Positions 54,520-63,319 of a stretch of DNA of 64,000 nucleotides are shown here, in pieces (positions within the stretch are counted from its first letter, which is position 1; each line of letters opens with the position of its first letter). The stretch lies in the NCBI GenBank assembly GCA_963707985.1, contig CAVPRW010000032.1, forward strand, positions 96,001 through 160,000. The letters are read 5' to 3'. The position numbers and the translations under genes were made by a program. This DNA is from an uncultured Nitrospinota bacterium. GTDB lineage: Bacteria > Tectomicrobia > Entotheonellia > J063 > CAVPRW01. Under the pieces are notes generated by a model. It was given only the letters and a program-made list of their open reading frames with translations. It had not been told where the DNA came from and did not search any database.

Positions 54520-54864
54520 CCGGACTTCGTCACGCATGCTACGCCCTACGGCTTGCTCCAGCACCTCCGCGACCCATTGAGCCACGTCTTTACCAGCCTT
54601 CTCGGCCGCAAGAATAATCTTGCGATGCTGCTCCGGCGACAGCTGGACGGTGAATCGTCCAGAGAAGGGCTGATCTGGTACTTCCCCGCGCTCGGCACAA
54701 AACGACAGATAGTCCTCGACCGAGTCGGCGAATGCCTGACGGAGTTCATCGACGGATTGCCCCTGGAACGTCACCACATCCCGGATGTTGATGACCTCGC
54801 CATGGAACAGATTCGCCTGCTCATCGAAGGCAATGTGGGCGAGATACCTTTTGTATGCCATCAT
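54514..54864 (-). CDS. hicB: HicB antitoxin
   Basis: FHGEVINIRDVVTFQG and FSGRFTV motifs. Confidence 0.92.
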   Translation of the reverse strand: MMAYKRYLAHIAFDEQANLFHGEVINIRDVVTFQGQSVDELRQAFADSVEDYLSFCAERGEVPDQPFSGRFTVQLSPEQHRKIILAAEKAGKDVAQWVAEVLEQAVGRSMRDEVRA

Positions 54865-55115
54865 GGCTCTACTCCTGCTTCTGTGAGAAACCGGCGCATC
54901 GACACCACGGCGCCTTTGTCCGTCTCTTTCTGTGGATGGGGACGATGAAACACAGCCCGGACACCATGGAGGGCAATACGTACTCTGGAGCCTCGTCCCT
55001 CGCTGAGTTCTGCGCCGCATGCGCGCAGCAGACTCTCAATATCAGCCCAAGGGATATTCGCTCGAACAGGATTCTCGAAAATGGCATGTAACGTCCTACG
55101 CTGTCTGGCTGTCAT
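54861..55115 (-). CDS. hicA: HicA toxin
   Basis: EGRGSRVR and FHRPHP motifs. Confidence 0.92.
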   Translation of the reverse strand: MTARQRRTLHAIFENPVRANIPWADIESLLRACGAELSEGRGSRVRIALHGVRAVFHRPHPQKETDKGAVVSMRRFLTEAGVEP

Positions 55116-55138
55116 TGTACATCACTTATTGCATATAC

Positions 55139-55198
55139 GCCTAATGCGCGAGTTGAGCAGTGCCCCGCAGGGGCATCTGTTCGAACTCCTGGTTCTCC
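55139..55198 (-). other. attC site with an adjacent inverted partial copy (55221-55245)
   Basis: GCCTAAT GCGCGAGTTGAGCAG...CTGTTCGAACTCCT GGTTCTCC. Confidence 0.7.
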
Positions 55199-55268
55199 CC
55201 GGAGCGGAGCGGAGGGGAAAGGAGTTCGTTGCTCAACTCGCGCATCCCGGAGCGAAGCGGAGGGGGGA

Positions 55269-55945
55269 ATCGGGATAGGGAGGGACCTCGCGGCCTCCCC
55301 CCTCCCACACCACCGGACGTACGGGTCACGTATCCGGCGGTTCGGTGGATTGCGTCAGGGTGATCCATCACCCCAACCGGAGCGTCGTCTCCCGGCGTGC
55401 CAGCCGTGAGTTCATCCCAGACGCCAGATATGATCCGACACCTCGCCGGATGCCATCTCACCGCTCCACGGCGGGCAACTACCCCTTCCACCGTTCGGGC
55501 CTTCGGCCCACCCGCGTGGCGGCTCCGCCTATCTGTTGCCCCGCCTTTCGGCCTTGGGGTGCCTCACGAGCGTCGCCTGCGCCGAGCCTACTATGCCCTC
55601 TGCTGACTTCTGCGGGGCGGTCAGGGAGAATTGCTCCGCCCTCAGTCCTGAACCAGGACACACCCGCAGATCTCCCGTGGTAAGCTGTCATACCTTCCGT
55701 GCATAGACGCCGGATTTATCAAGCACGCCCCAACTGTGGATGGAGGGCTTAGCGGTTGCGTGCCAGCTCGCCCCGAGCGTACCACACCTCGTATCCGGTT
55801 CGTGTCCCTCGCCCCGCACGTTCGTTCCACGCTTCCTTCGGACCCCACCTCGCGGTGACGCCCTGGCGCTTCCCTTGTCCTTCGGCTCCACGTACACCTG
55901 GACAGGGGACTTGCACCCCCGAGCATGACCGCATGCACGGCACAC
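55269..55945 (-). mobile_element. ORF-less group IIC intron (677 nt) inserted in an attC R' box
   Basis: 5' GTGTG; IIC-type DV GAACCGCCGGATACG...CGTACGTCCGGTGGTG; DVI ending CCTATCCCGAT; no RT ORF. Confidence 0.85.
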
Positions 55946-56105
55946 ACGCGGTCGGTGAGCCGCGCCGTCTTTCGGCGTCGGCTCCACCGAGCAGGACTGT
56001 GTCAAAAGTCGATTTTTCGAAATTATGGTCTAGTAAAATCAACAGTTTGCAAATTCCTCATGCCCCAAAAACGCGGTTTTGACACAGTCTGACGACTTGT
56101 TGGGC
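55946..56105 (-). other. attC site interrupted by a MITE and the intron
   Basis: Minus strand GCCCAAC ... GGTGGAGCCGACGCCGAAAGACGGCGCGGCTCACCGACCGC GT|T. Confidence 0.75.
55995..56089. mobile_element. 95-bp MITE with 13-bp terminal IRs (IS1182-like ends)
   Basis: GACTGTGTCAAAA ... TTTTGACACAGTC with an AT-rich interior. Confidence 0.75.
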
Positions 56106-56136
56106 GGCGCGCAAGGAAGCATCGCTTGCTGAGTGA

Positions 56137-56859
56137 TCATGAGTCTCCCGGGAGGCTTTCGGCCTCCTCGATTTCCCTCTGGATGGCCGCCTCGTGGGCA
56201 TCAAGAGCGAAACGTATTGATTTGAGAACGCTGAGGTAGTCATCCTCTCCGACCATCTGAACGGAGTTCGTTGCGGCGCTGTAGAGCTGATTGTATCGAT
56301 TCACAATCTCGCGAGCTCGTTCAAGGAGTTCCGTAATCTGGCTCGCGTTCAGCCCTGGAAGTTTGAGTCGGCCAAGAACCGCCTTGGCATCCCGGTGGCC
56401 CAGGTGCCCCTTGCGAAGGTCCACGAGCGCGCTAACCAGCGGGTCGTGCTGTGCAGTTACCCGAAGAACGTCGTCTTGGATCTGCGCCTTCGTCGGCCGG
56501 CGTGGATGCGAAGCGAGTGAGTCAACGTGCGCATTCTCCGCGAGGCGCTCCCGAAACGCGCCCGCGTCGAAGGTCGGCAAGTTGTTGCGAACCGTCGCCA
56601 GGAAGTTGGGAAGGCTGAGCGCGCCCACGGTGGGATCGTAAAGTCGGCCCAGCCGCCAGAGCGTCACATCGTGGTGGGCACGGAACGTAAGCGACCAGAA
56701 GCTGCGAGCTTCGTTGAACTCCCGCTCGAACTCGCGGACTGCCTCAAGCAGACGTTGGTACAGTCGCCAGTGAATGGTGGCGGTGACCATGTCGTCGGCG
56801 ATGGCTCTCACCAGTCGACCGAACTCTTCGTCGTCGTTGGTCTTTATCTCCCGCATCAC
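56137..56859 (-). CDS. HEPN (AbiU2-like) domain protein
   Basis: LGRLYD...LSL and LRKGHLGHRD (R-x5-H) in an all-helical protein. Confidence 0.65.
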   Translation of the reverse strand: MMREIKTNDDEEFGRLVRAIADDMVTATIHWRLYQRLLEAVREFEREFNEARSFWSLTFRAHHDVTLWRLGRLYDPTVGALSLPNFLATVRNNLPTFDAGAFRERLAENAHVDSLASHPRRPTKAQIQDDVLRVTAQHDPLVSALVDLRKGHLGHRDAKAVLGRLKLPGLNASQITELLERAREIVNRYNQLYSAATNSVQMVGEDDYLSVLKSIRFALDAHEAAIQREIEEAESLPGDS

Positions 56860-56916
56860 GTTGGCCCTCGATACGAATCGCCCGATCGCTGCGATGACGA
56901 TAAGAAATAGCGGTCT

Positions 56917-57026
56917 GCCGAACGCTCCAGCTCAGCGGCGGGGGCTGACCCACCACTGGCCTCAGACTCAACCGCCGCGCCACGCAGCCCCGCTGGCTCC
57001 CCGTCCGCTGCAGTGGGTGGTTAGGG
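56917..57026 (-). other. attC site
   Basis: GCCGAAC...CAGCGGCGGGG...CCCCGTCCGCTGCA...GTTAGGG. Confidence 0.88.
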
Positions 57027-57091
57027 CGGTCAGGAGGCGGAGCCATCTTGGAGCTGCTCTCGCGATGACGTGCTCCTGCTACCTCTCTGCT

Positions 57092-57430
57092 TCAGAAGCC
57101 GAGCACCAGTTTCAGGCCAGCCTCGACCCTGGCCATGATCTCTGGTCGCAGCAGGCTCACTCGCGCTGTGAGATACACCTTGTCGATGGTCAGAAGCTGG
57201 GACACATTGATGACAGAGTTTCTCGGAAGCCTTGACTGGCGCCTCTCCAAGAGCACATTGCCAGGGGCTTGTGCCAGGCGCACATTGGACGTGACAACTG
57301 CCACAATGACGGTATTAATGCGGCTGTCGTTGAAGGAATCGCTTTGAATCACCAAGACAGGGCGCCGAAAGCCCGGACCAGAACCACCAGGCTCGGGAAG
57401 CGAGGCCCACCAGACCTCTCCACGCCGCAC
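57092..57430 (-). CDS. mazF: MazF/PemK toxin
   Basis: RGEVWW...RRPVLVIQSDSFN. Confidence 0.92.
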   Translation of the reverse strand: MRRGEVWWASLPEPGGSGPGFRRPVLVIQSDSFNDSRINTVIVAVVTSNVRLAQAPGNVLLERRQSRLPRNSVINVSQLLTIDKVYLTARVSLLRPEIMARVEAGLKLVLGF

Positions 57431-57666
57431 TACCAGTCTTCCTTCGGCAGTGACGACCACTGCATGTGCGCCAAGGCCTCATCGAGGCTAGACGCTTCTT
57501 GGTTGTAAATGGCGTCGAGGGCCTCGCGCACGCTGTCGTGTTTGTGCGCATCGAGGTAGGCTTCCAGCGCGCGTGAGAAGAGTTCACTCCTCGACATCCC
57601 AAGTCGTTTGGCAAGTGCCTCGGCGTCGTGAAAAATAGGATCGGGGACAGAGACCGCAGTTTTCAT
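57430..57666 (-). CDS. mazE: RHH antitoxin (ChpI/MazE-like)
   Basis: MKTAVSVPD...GMSRSELF; overlaps the toxin start. Confidence 0.85.
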   Translation of the reverse strand: MKTAVSVPDPIFHDAEALAKRLGMSRSELFSRALEAYLDAHKHDSVREALDAIYNQEASSLDEALAHMQWSSLPKEDW

Positions 57667-57718
57667 AAGCTACAGTATAACCAGAGTTATACCTCCAGGC
57701 AAGACTTTCTACCTCAAG

Positions 57719-57800
57719 CCCGAACGCCCAAGCTCACCTGCTGCCGGAAGCCGCAGCGCAGCGGAGGCTGGAGGCAGTCAGGTGCAGCGCCTTGTTAGCC
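57719..57800 (-). other. attC site
   Basis: CCCGAAC...GCTCACCTG...CAGGTGCAGC...GTTAGCC; the gene stop codon lies within R''. Confidence 0.88.
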
Positions 57801-58691
57801 TTTTCCGGGTCTTCGAATATACAGGCTTCCTCCAGTATTCTTCAGACAGAGCGGCATCTTTTCTAGGAGAAAGTCTTTGAAGACGGTCGCTACATAAGTA
57901 TTGAAGAAAAAGATCTCCCATTCATTGTTATATGACAGAAAAGCTCGAAGAAAATAATCTTCGTTCCAATATATCCCCTTGAGTAACCATTCTGCTGGAT
58001 ACTCAAATGGGTAGAAGACATCGTGGAAGTGCACAAAAACACCAGTAGACAATTGGGGGAGGACTTCAAACATCAGAAACTGTACATCGCTACCACACTT
58101 TATGACATGCGTTGAATCAATGAATAACAGATCTCCAGCATGTAATGAACTGAAGGTATCAATAGGTACTTCTTGAACTTTTCTCTCAATGATTCGAGTT
58201 GCTCCTTCATCATGAGATTTCAATAACTGTCTGAGCCGATCCGGATAAGGCTCTATAAACGTCATTTCGGGTGGCTGAAGGAAAAACCTTTCAACAGTAT
58301 CAAGGATAACCGCTGACGAAAAGCCTGATCCAACTTCTATGATTCTTCGTGGCTTGATATGTCTCAGAAAACTATAGAGAAAAATAGCATCTGCGTAACA
58401 GAAAACACTTTGATCATAGTAGTAGCGACATTCCTGGTTCTTTGTTTCTGGGAAAGGCAAATCATCATAGAAAGCTTGAAATGCTGTGAGAAGCTCAAAC
58501 TGATTTTGCCTATTCAAATCGATGGCTGGAAGGTCCATCTTGTCTGTTTTCGTTGATTCTAAATGTACTACAATCTCCTCATGTTTTGGAATTGGTGAAT
58601 AGTAGTGGCCTGCTGGATATAGACCGGCATCTCTCATCTGTTTACGTAGACGACCTATATAGGGCAATCTGTCAAGTATGTACTGAAGCAT
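57795..58691 (-). CDS. Class I SAM methyltransferase (Methyltransf_24-like), AT-rich cassette
   Basis: IIEVGSGFSS, LFIDSTH, HFHDVF and WNE.Y motifs. Confidence 0.85.
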   Translation of the reverse strand: MLQYILDRLPYIGRLRKQMRDAGLYPAGHYYSPIPKHEEIVVHLESTKTDKMDLPAIDLNRQNQFELLTAFQAFYDDLPFPETKNQECRYYYDQSVFCYADAIFLYSFLRHIKPRRIIEVGSGFSSAVILDTVERFFLQPPEMTFIEPYPDRLRQLLKSHDEGATRIIERKVQEVPIDTFSSLHAGDLLFIDSTHVIKCGSDVQFLMFEVLPQLSTGVFVHFHDVFYPFEYPAEWLLKGIYWNEDYFLRAFLSYNNEWEIFFFNTYVATVFKDFLLEKMPLCLKNTGGSLYIRRPGKG

Positions 58692-58709
58692 CGTTATCCT
58701 CTTCATGAA

Positions 58710-58793
58710 GGCTAATGCGGCGCTCACCTGCGCGGGGGACGGCGAGCCGCAGGCTTGACGGCCGCCGCGGCAGGTGCAGCAGCCTGGTTCGGC
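58710..58793 (-). other. attC site of a gene-less cassette
   Basis: GGCTAAT...GCTCACCTG...CAGGTGCAGC...GTTCGGC. Confidence 0.8.
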
Positions 58794-58810
58794 GGCGCGA
58801 AGCGTGTCCG

Positions 58811-58892
58811 CCAGAACGCCGCGCCTCAGCTGCGCCCGAAAGCTGAAGCGGAGCGTAAGCTGTAGGGCGTCAGCTGCAGGCGATTGTTGGGC
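58811..58892 (-). other. attC site
   Basis: CCAGAAC...CCTCAGCTGCGCCC...GGGCGTCAGCTGCAGG...GTTGGGC. Confidence 0.85.
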
Positions 58893-58896
58893 GGGC

Positions 58897-60228
58897 TCAT
58901 CGCTTAGCTTTGTATAAACGCCAAGCGCCTGGCACTCCTTTCAGGACATGAGACCCGTTGTCCTCAAATTTGAGACCCGATCCTGCAACCAAATCCTTCA
59001 CCGTGCTGGAGACAACAACCTCGCTCGGGCCTGCTTTCGAGAGTACGCGCGCGGCAATGTGCACCGCAATCCCACCCAATTTGTCGCCCATCGGCTCACA
59101 TTCACCCGTATGCACGCCCGCGCGCACCTCGATATCCAATTGCTTCACGCTATCCTCTATTGCCAGCGCACAGCAAATTGCGCGGGCTGGTCCATCAAAT
59201 GTCGCGAAGAAACCATCTCCCGCAGTGTCCATCTCGCGTCCGCGAAAACGTGCAATCTCCTTCCGGGCCACTGTGTAATACAGATCGAGCAGATGGCGCC
59301 ATGCGGCATCGCCTAGCTCGACCGCGCGTTCGGTCGAGCGGACCATATCTACGAATAAGACGGTAGCCAAAATGCGATCGGCCATCTCAGTCGAGCGCAC
59401 CCCTGTCGCAAACTCTTCAATCTCCGCCAGCACGCGCTCTGGGTCAGTGATGAATATGGAGTGTCTGGCGCCAGGGAATTCGACAAACCGTGCGCCTGGA
59501 ATGCGCGCAGCCAAATCGCGTGCAGCATCGATATGTGCACATGGGTCAGCAGTGCGGTTCATCACTAAGGTGGGCACGCTAATCGTAGGTAGGATAGGGC
59601 GAATATCGATCTGCGCATTCATTCGTTCATAGGCAGCGACGGCCGACGGATTCGCCGCCGCGCGAAAGTAGCGCAGCACGGCATCCAGAACCGCAGGATC
59701 AACGTCTCTACCATAGCCGGCCCCTGGCCCCACAATGTATGCGAGTGAGGGCCAGTGCTCCTGCACATCCTGAATCATGCGCTCATTGTCTTCCGGCGTT
59801 TGGCCCCACGGATAGTCGTCAGCCCGTACCCACCGTGCCTGCGCACCCCAAACGATCAGCGAACGGGTCCGTTCAGGATAGGTCGCGGTAAAGAGGCATG
59901 CCATCGACGCCCCTTCCGAGTTTCCTAATATGGTCGCTCGCTCGCTACCCACGGCATCCATTACCGCGCGGATGTCGTCAGTGCGTTCTTCGAGGGTCGC
60001 CATCTTTAGTGGACGGTCGGACAGTCCGGTACCGCGTTTGTCAAAGCGAATCAGGCGACAGAACGCACTAAGGCGCTCGAAGAATTGCGCTCTGACCGGC
60101 CAGTCCCAGTCGAGGTCAAGATGCGACGTTGTCCCTGGTGCCCAGACCAGATCTACCGGTCCGTTTCCCGTCACCTGATAGGCGACGTATGTGTCACCGC
60201 TAAGGGCGTATTTCGTTTCTGGCAACAT
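58897..60228 (-). CDS. Alpha/beta hydrolase fused to a class III adenylate/guanylate cyclase (LipJ-like)
   Basis: FDKRGTGLSD and GNSEG; FVDMVRST, GDGFFA and RAGVHTGE. Confidence 0.9.
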   Translation of the reverse strand: MLPETKYALSGDTYVAYQVTGNGPVDLVWAPGTTSHLDLDWDWPVRAQFFERLSAFCRLIRFDKRGTGLSDRPLKMATLEERTDDIRAVMDAVGSERATILGNSEGASMACLFTATYPERTRSLIVWGAQARWVRADDYPWGQTPEDNERMIQDVQEHWPSLAYIVGPGAGYGRDVDPAVLDAVLRYFRAAANPSAVAAYERMNAQIDIRPILPTISVPTLVMNRTADPCAHIDAARDLAARIPGARFVEFPGARHSIFITDPERVLAEIEEFATGVRSTEMADRILATVLFVDMVRSTERAVELGDAAWRHLLDLYYTVARKEIARFRGREMDTAGDGFFATFDGPARAICCALAIEDSVKQLDIEVRAGVHTGECEPMGDKLGGIAVHIAARVLSKAGPSEVVVSSTVKDLVAGSGLKFEDNGSHVLKGVPGAWRLYKAKR

Positions 60229-60362
60229 GACACATCCCTCCAATCATGTGGGGCATGCTTCAGCGGCTTCCTCCGTGTGGCCTGCGGGTGAGCAAATCCC
60301 GTCGACGTATATAGCTCGGCAGAAGGTGTCCTTTTCGAATAGCCAGCGGCGCGTGCATTGAC

Positions 60363-60444
60363 GCCCAACGCCACGCGTCAGGCGCGCCTGGAAGCGGGAG
60401 CGTAGCGGACGCTGTAAGGCGTCGCCTGCACGCGCTGGTTAGGC
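60363..60444 (-). other. attC site
   Basis: GCCCAAC...CGCGTCAGGCG...CGCCTGCACGCG...GTTAGGC. Confidence 0.88.
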
Positions 60445-60489
60445 GGGGAACCCCCCGAAGTGCTAGGGATAGATCCCATTCTATGGTTG

Positions 60490-61088
60490 TCACAACCTGA
60501 GCAGCTCTTCGGCTACTCCCTCAACTGCTTGGCTGTCTTTGATGTCAACTAATCGTCGAATTTTGAACATGGCTTTCTCGCACCACCAAGAATCAGTCCC
60601 CTCTAGACTCAAGGCTGTTAGATTCTCATTGAAACAGTATGTGTTTGGGTTAGCTAGGGGGATGTTGTCGGGGACCTCCAGCAACAGCGTATGGTACACC
60701 CAGTTGCGGCGTACATTGGCATCATTACGGAAGCGTTGTATATCCCGTGGCTCAAATACTCCGGTTATAAGAAGAAGAGGAAACACTATATCGATACCAA
60801 TCTGCTGACAAACAGCCTTAAAACCAGGGGATCGACCACGGATCTGCTCTTCCTTAACCTTAACTAACATCATAGCAAAGCGAATTCGACCATCATGGTC
60901 GAAGATGAAATGCCGTCTATGCTCTGAGTTTGTGGTATTTAAACCAGACAACTGTCCTCGGTCAACTGTGTAAACTTAGATTGGAGAGTCTTTTCTTGGA
61001 GTGAAGCCTTCAGGTCATCAAACAAAAGTTGACAATTTTTATGGAAACGGTCTACCTCCTTGAGGGCTTTTATAGTATCGTTGATCAT
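60490..61088 (-). pseudogene. Hypothetical protein, frameshifted near 60955
   Basis: AGGAGG RBS plus ATG at 61088 (MINDTIKALKEVD...), continuing in another frame to 60490. Confidence 0.55.
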
Positions 61089-61097
61089 GGAGCCTCC

Positions 61098-61997
61098 TTA
61101 AAAAATTCGATAGAAACAGAGTGATCCCATAGGTGCCTTGATCAAGTCAGATTCAAAAAAACGCTTGTAAGGTAACTGACAATGCTCAGCCACATCAAAT
61201 GAATACACTCGATTATAGTCAAGCTGGCAATTTTGCTTCACAGGTTTTGTCACTAAACTCAGGCTGTAAGTGCGAGCGTAGGGTATGGGTACAGGGTGGT
61301 TTGCATTAAAAGGGTAAGTACGGAGGTAACCTGGCAGATGATTTCTTGTATATTGTAATGCTGACCACCCGAGGAAACAGACATATCCTTTAGCATCTAG
61401 ATAGTTGTGAAGTGTTTCCAAGACCCGCCTTTCTGTAGTCGGGCGGTTGCTCTCTAAGTTCCAATAGGCGATCAAACGATACAGATGAAACCAGCTCAGC
61501 CAGTAAATCTTGGCGTCTTCTCCTGCCGCACGTAGACTGGTCTGAATATCCTCTTTTGGTAGTGAACGGTGATGGGTCAGGTAAATGAGTGTAATTTCAG
61601 AGCAATACCGCAAACATTGTTTAGCCGCTCGCCAATACCTAGCCAGTTGATCACCATCGTCTAGTGGATCAGTAACTGTTTGAAGTGAAGGGGAGCTGCC
61701 CGACTTTCCAGCTCCGTGCTTGGCTTCAATGACGACTGCCATGGATGTTCGGTCGCTCCTATTCTGTAGCTCAACGATGACATCGGGTTCGCCTCCGTTG
61801 GGCAACCAAGGCCAAAATTGAATTCTTGTCACTGCCTCATAGGAAGATAAATCAATAGTTTCTCCATTTAGCCCCACTGCGGCCCGCAGGAAACTGACCA
61901 AGTTGCTGTCAGGGAGGAGACGCAGAAGACCTAGACAGTTGGAAGTCAGCACATCCTGACCAATGTGAGTTTTACCTTGTAGATCTGCGTGAATCAT
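61098..61997 (-). CDS. PD-(D/E)XK nuclease-like protein
   Basis: EPDV...IEAK...QLARY motif; AT-rich. Confidence 0.7.
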   Translation of the reverse strand: MIHADLQGKTHIGQDVLTSNCLGLLRLLPDSNLVSFLRAAVGLNGETIDLSSYEAVTRIQFWPWLPNGGEPDVIVELQNRSDRTSMAVVIEAKHGAGKSGSSPSLQTVTDPLDDGDQLARYWRAAKQCLRYCSEITLIYLTHHRSLPKEDIQTSLRAAGEDAKIYWLSWFHLYRLIAYWNLESNRPTTERRVLETLHNYLDAKGYVCFLGWSALQYTRNHLPGYLRTYPFNANHPVPIPYARTYSLSLVTKPVKQNCQLDYNRVYSFDVAEHCQLPYKRFFESDLIKAPMGSLCFYRIF

Positions 61998-62044
61998 GAA
62001 GACACTTTCCAAAGTTTATGAAGAATAAATCTTCTTGTTGCGAC

Positions 62045-62154
62045 GCCTAACGCCCGCGCTCAGCGGCGGGGGTCGCCCCCCCACCCACCGCTGACGGGGC
62101 TGCTGAGCTGCGAAGCCCCGCTGGCCCCCCGTCCGCTGCAGTGGCTGGTTAGAA
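62045..62154 (-). other. attC site
   Basis: GCCTAAC...CAGCGGCGGGGG...CCCCCCGTCCGCTGCA...GTTAGAA. Confidence 0.9.
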
Positions 62155-62167
62155 GGCAGAGTGCACT

Positions 62168-62578
62168 TCAGATGAGGCGTAGCTCACCGATGAACGCCTC
62201 CCCAGACCCGAACTGGCCCACGACTGTGACACGGCGTTGCCCTGCTTTGGCCGCCAACGAGACTGGATAGCCTGCGTGCCTCGCCGAGACAGTCGCGTGG
62301 GTCTCTGGCCTCCCCAGCCACAGGACAGGCGCCTCAAACCGCAACACGTATGCCACCCCAGGCACAAAGCGCTCCACCACGGCTGGCGGTAGGTGCGGCT
62401 GGGCTGGGTCGAAGCCTCGAGGGCCACTCTCCAGCTCGGTCAGCTGAGCACGACGCCCGACGACCCTGTCGGGGCGTTCTGCGGCGCTAAACCGTGCCCG
62501 TCCACCGCAACCCACGTACACCACAGCCCCGAAGGTAATCACGACGAGTGACCAAATCAGGATGAGGTATGTGGGCAC
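62168..62578 (-). CDS. Hypothetical membrane-anchored cassette protein
   Basis: ORF fills the space between two attC sites; N-terminal hydrophobic segment. Confidence 0.55.
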   Translation of the reverse strand: MPTYLILIWSLVVITFGAVVYVGCGGRARFSAAERPDRVVGRRAQLTELESGPRGFDPAQPHLPPAVVERFVPGVAYVLRFEAPVLWLGRPETHATVSARHAGYPVSLAAKAGQRRVTVVGQFGSGEAFIGELRLI

Positions 62579-62592
62579 GCCCTATTCCTGCC

Positions 62593-62894
62593 TTCTAACA
62601 CTGGCTGTTGAGCCGCGAGCCTCGCAGGGAGAGAGACGCGGAGCGGCTGTCGCCCGAGAAGCGCAGTCGGCTCTAACGCCCTTGATAGGCGGAGCGCGAG
62701 CGACGCCTGCAGGGGCGTTAGAGGGGACTCAACAGCCAGCGATAAGCGGATGGGCGGAGCCCAAGCGAGCCCTGCGAGCGGTCCGCTTATCGCCCACGCT
62801 CAGCGGCGGGGGTGGCACTACCACTGACGTGCGATGTGGCTGATGACTGACGCGCCGCCACTGTCCCCCCGTCCGCTGCAGCGCCTGGTTCGGT
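62593..62894 (-). other. Compound attC structure: two attCs joined through GAT cores, with a nested attC-like hairpin
   Basis: TTCTAAC(62593)...GATAAGC(62741); GCTTATC(62785)...GTTCGGT(62888); internal CTCTAAC(62671)...GTTAGAG(62717). Confidence 0.8.
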
Positions 62895-62921
62895 GCGAGG
62901 TCGGGCAGGAACCAGGAGCAC

Positions 62922-63319
62922 TTACTGTTTTCCTGACGCGGGCGCTGTGGGGTGAGAGGATGCCTCAGATAGACCAATAAGACTCTCTAAGGGAATGTGT
63001 AAATGCGCGTGCAAGCGCCGAATCATATTCAACGAGAGCTTGCGCTGACGATTCAGCACTTCTGCTACCCGCCCGCGCTTCCCAAGGTACGGCTCAAATC
63101 CTTCCGCGTTAACCCCATTTGTTCCATCCGAAACTTAATGGCCTCGACCGGATCTGGGAGATCAATGGGGTAGTGCGCTTGTTCGTATGCCTCGACCAAT
63201 GTAAGCAGGATATCGAGCTTATCGCCCTTCGGGGTGTTTGCGGCTGCCCCCCAGAGCTGCTCAATTTCCCCTAGAGCCCGCTCATAGTCGGCTTCGGTTT
63301 TGATAGGGCGAATGTCCAT
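62922..63319 (-). pseudogene. higA: HigA antitoxin with a 1-nt frameshift near 63095
   Basis: PIKTEADYERAL...DPVEAIKFRMEQ; HTH continues (PYLGKRGRVAEVLNRQRKLSLNMIRRL) in another frame. Confidence 0.85.
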
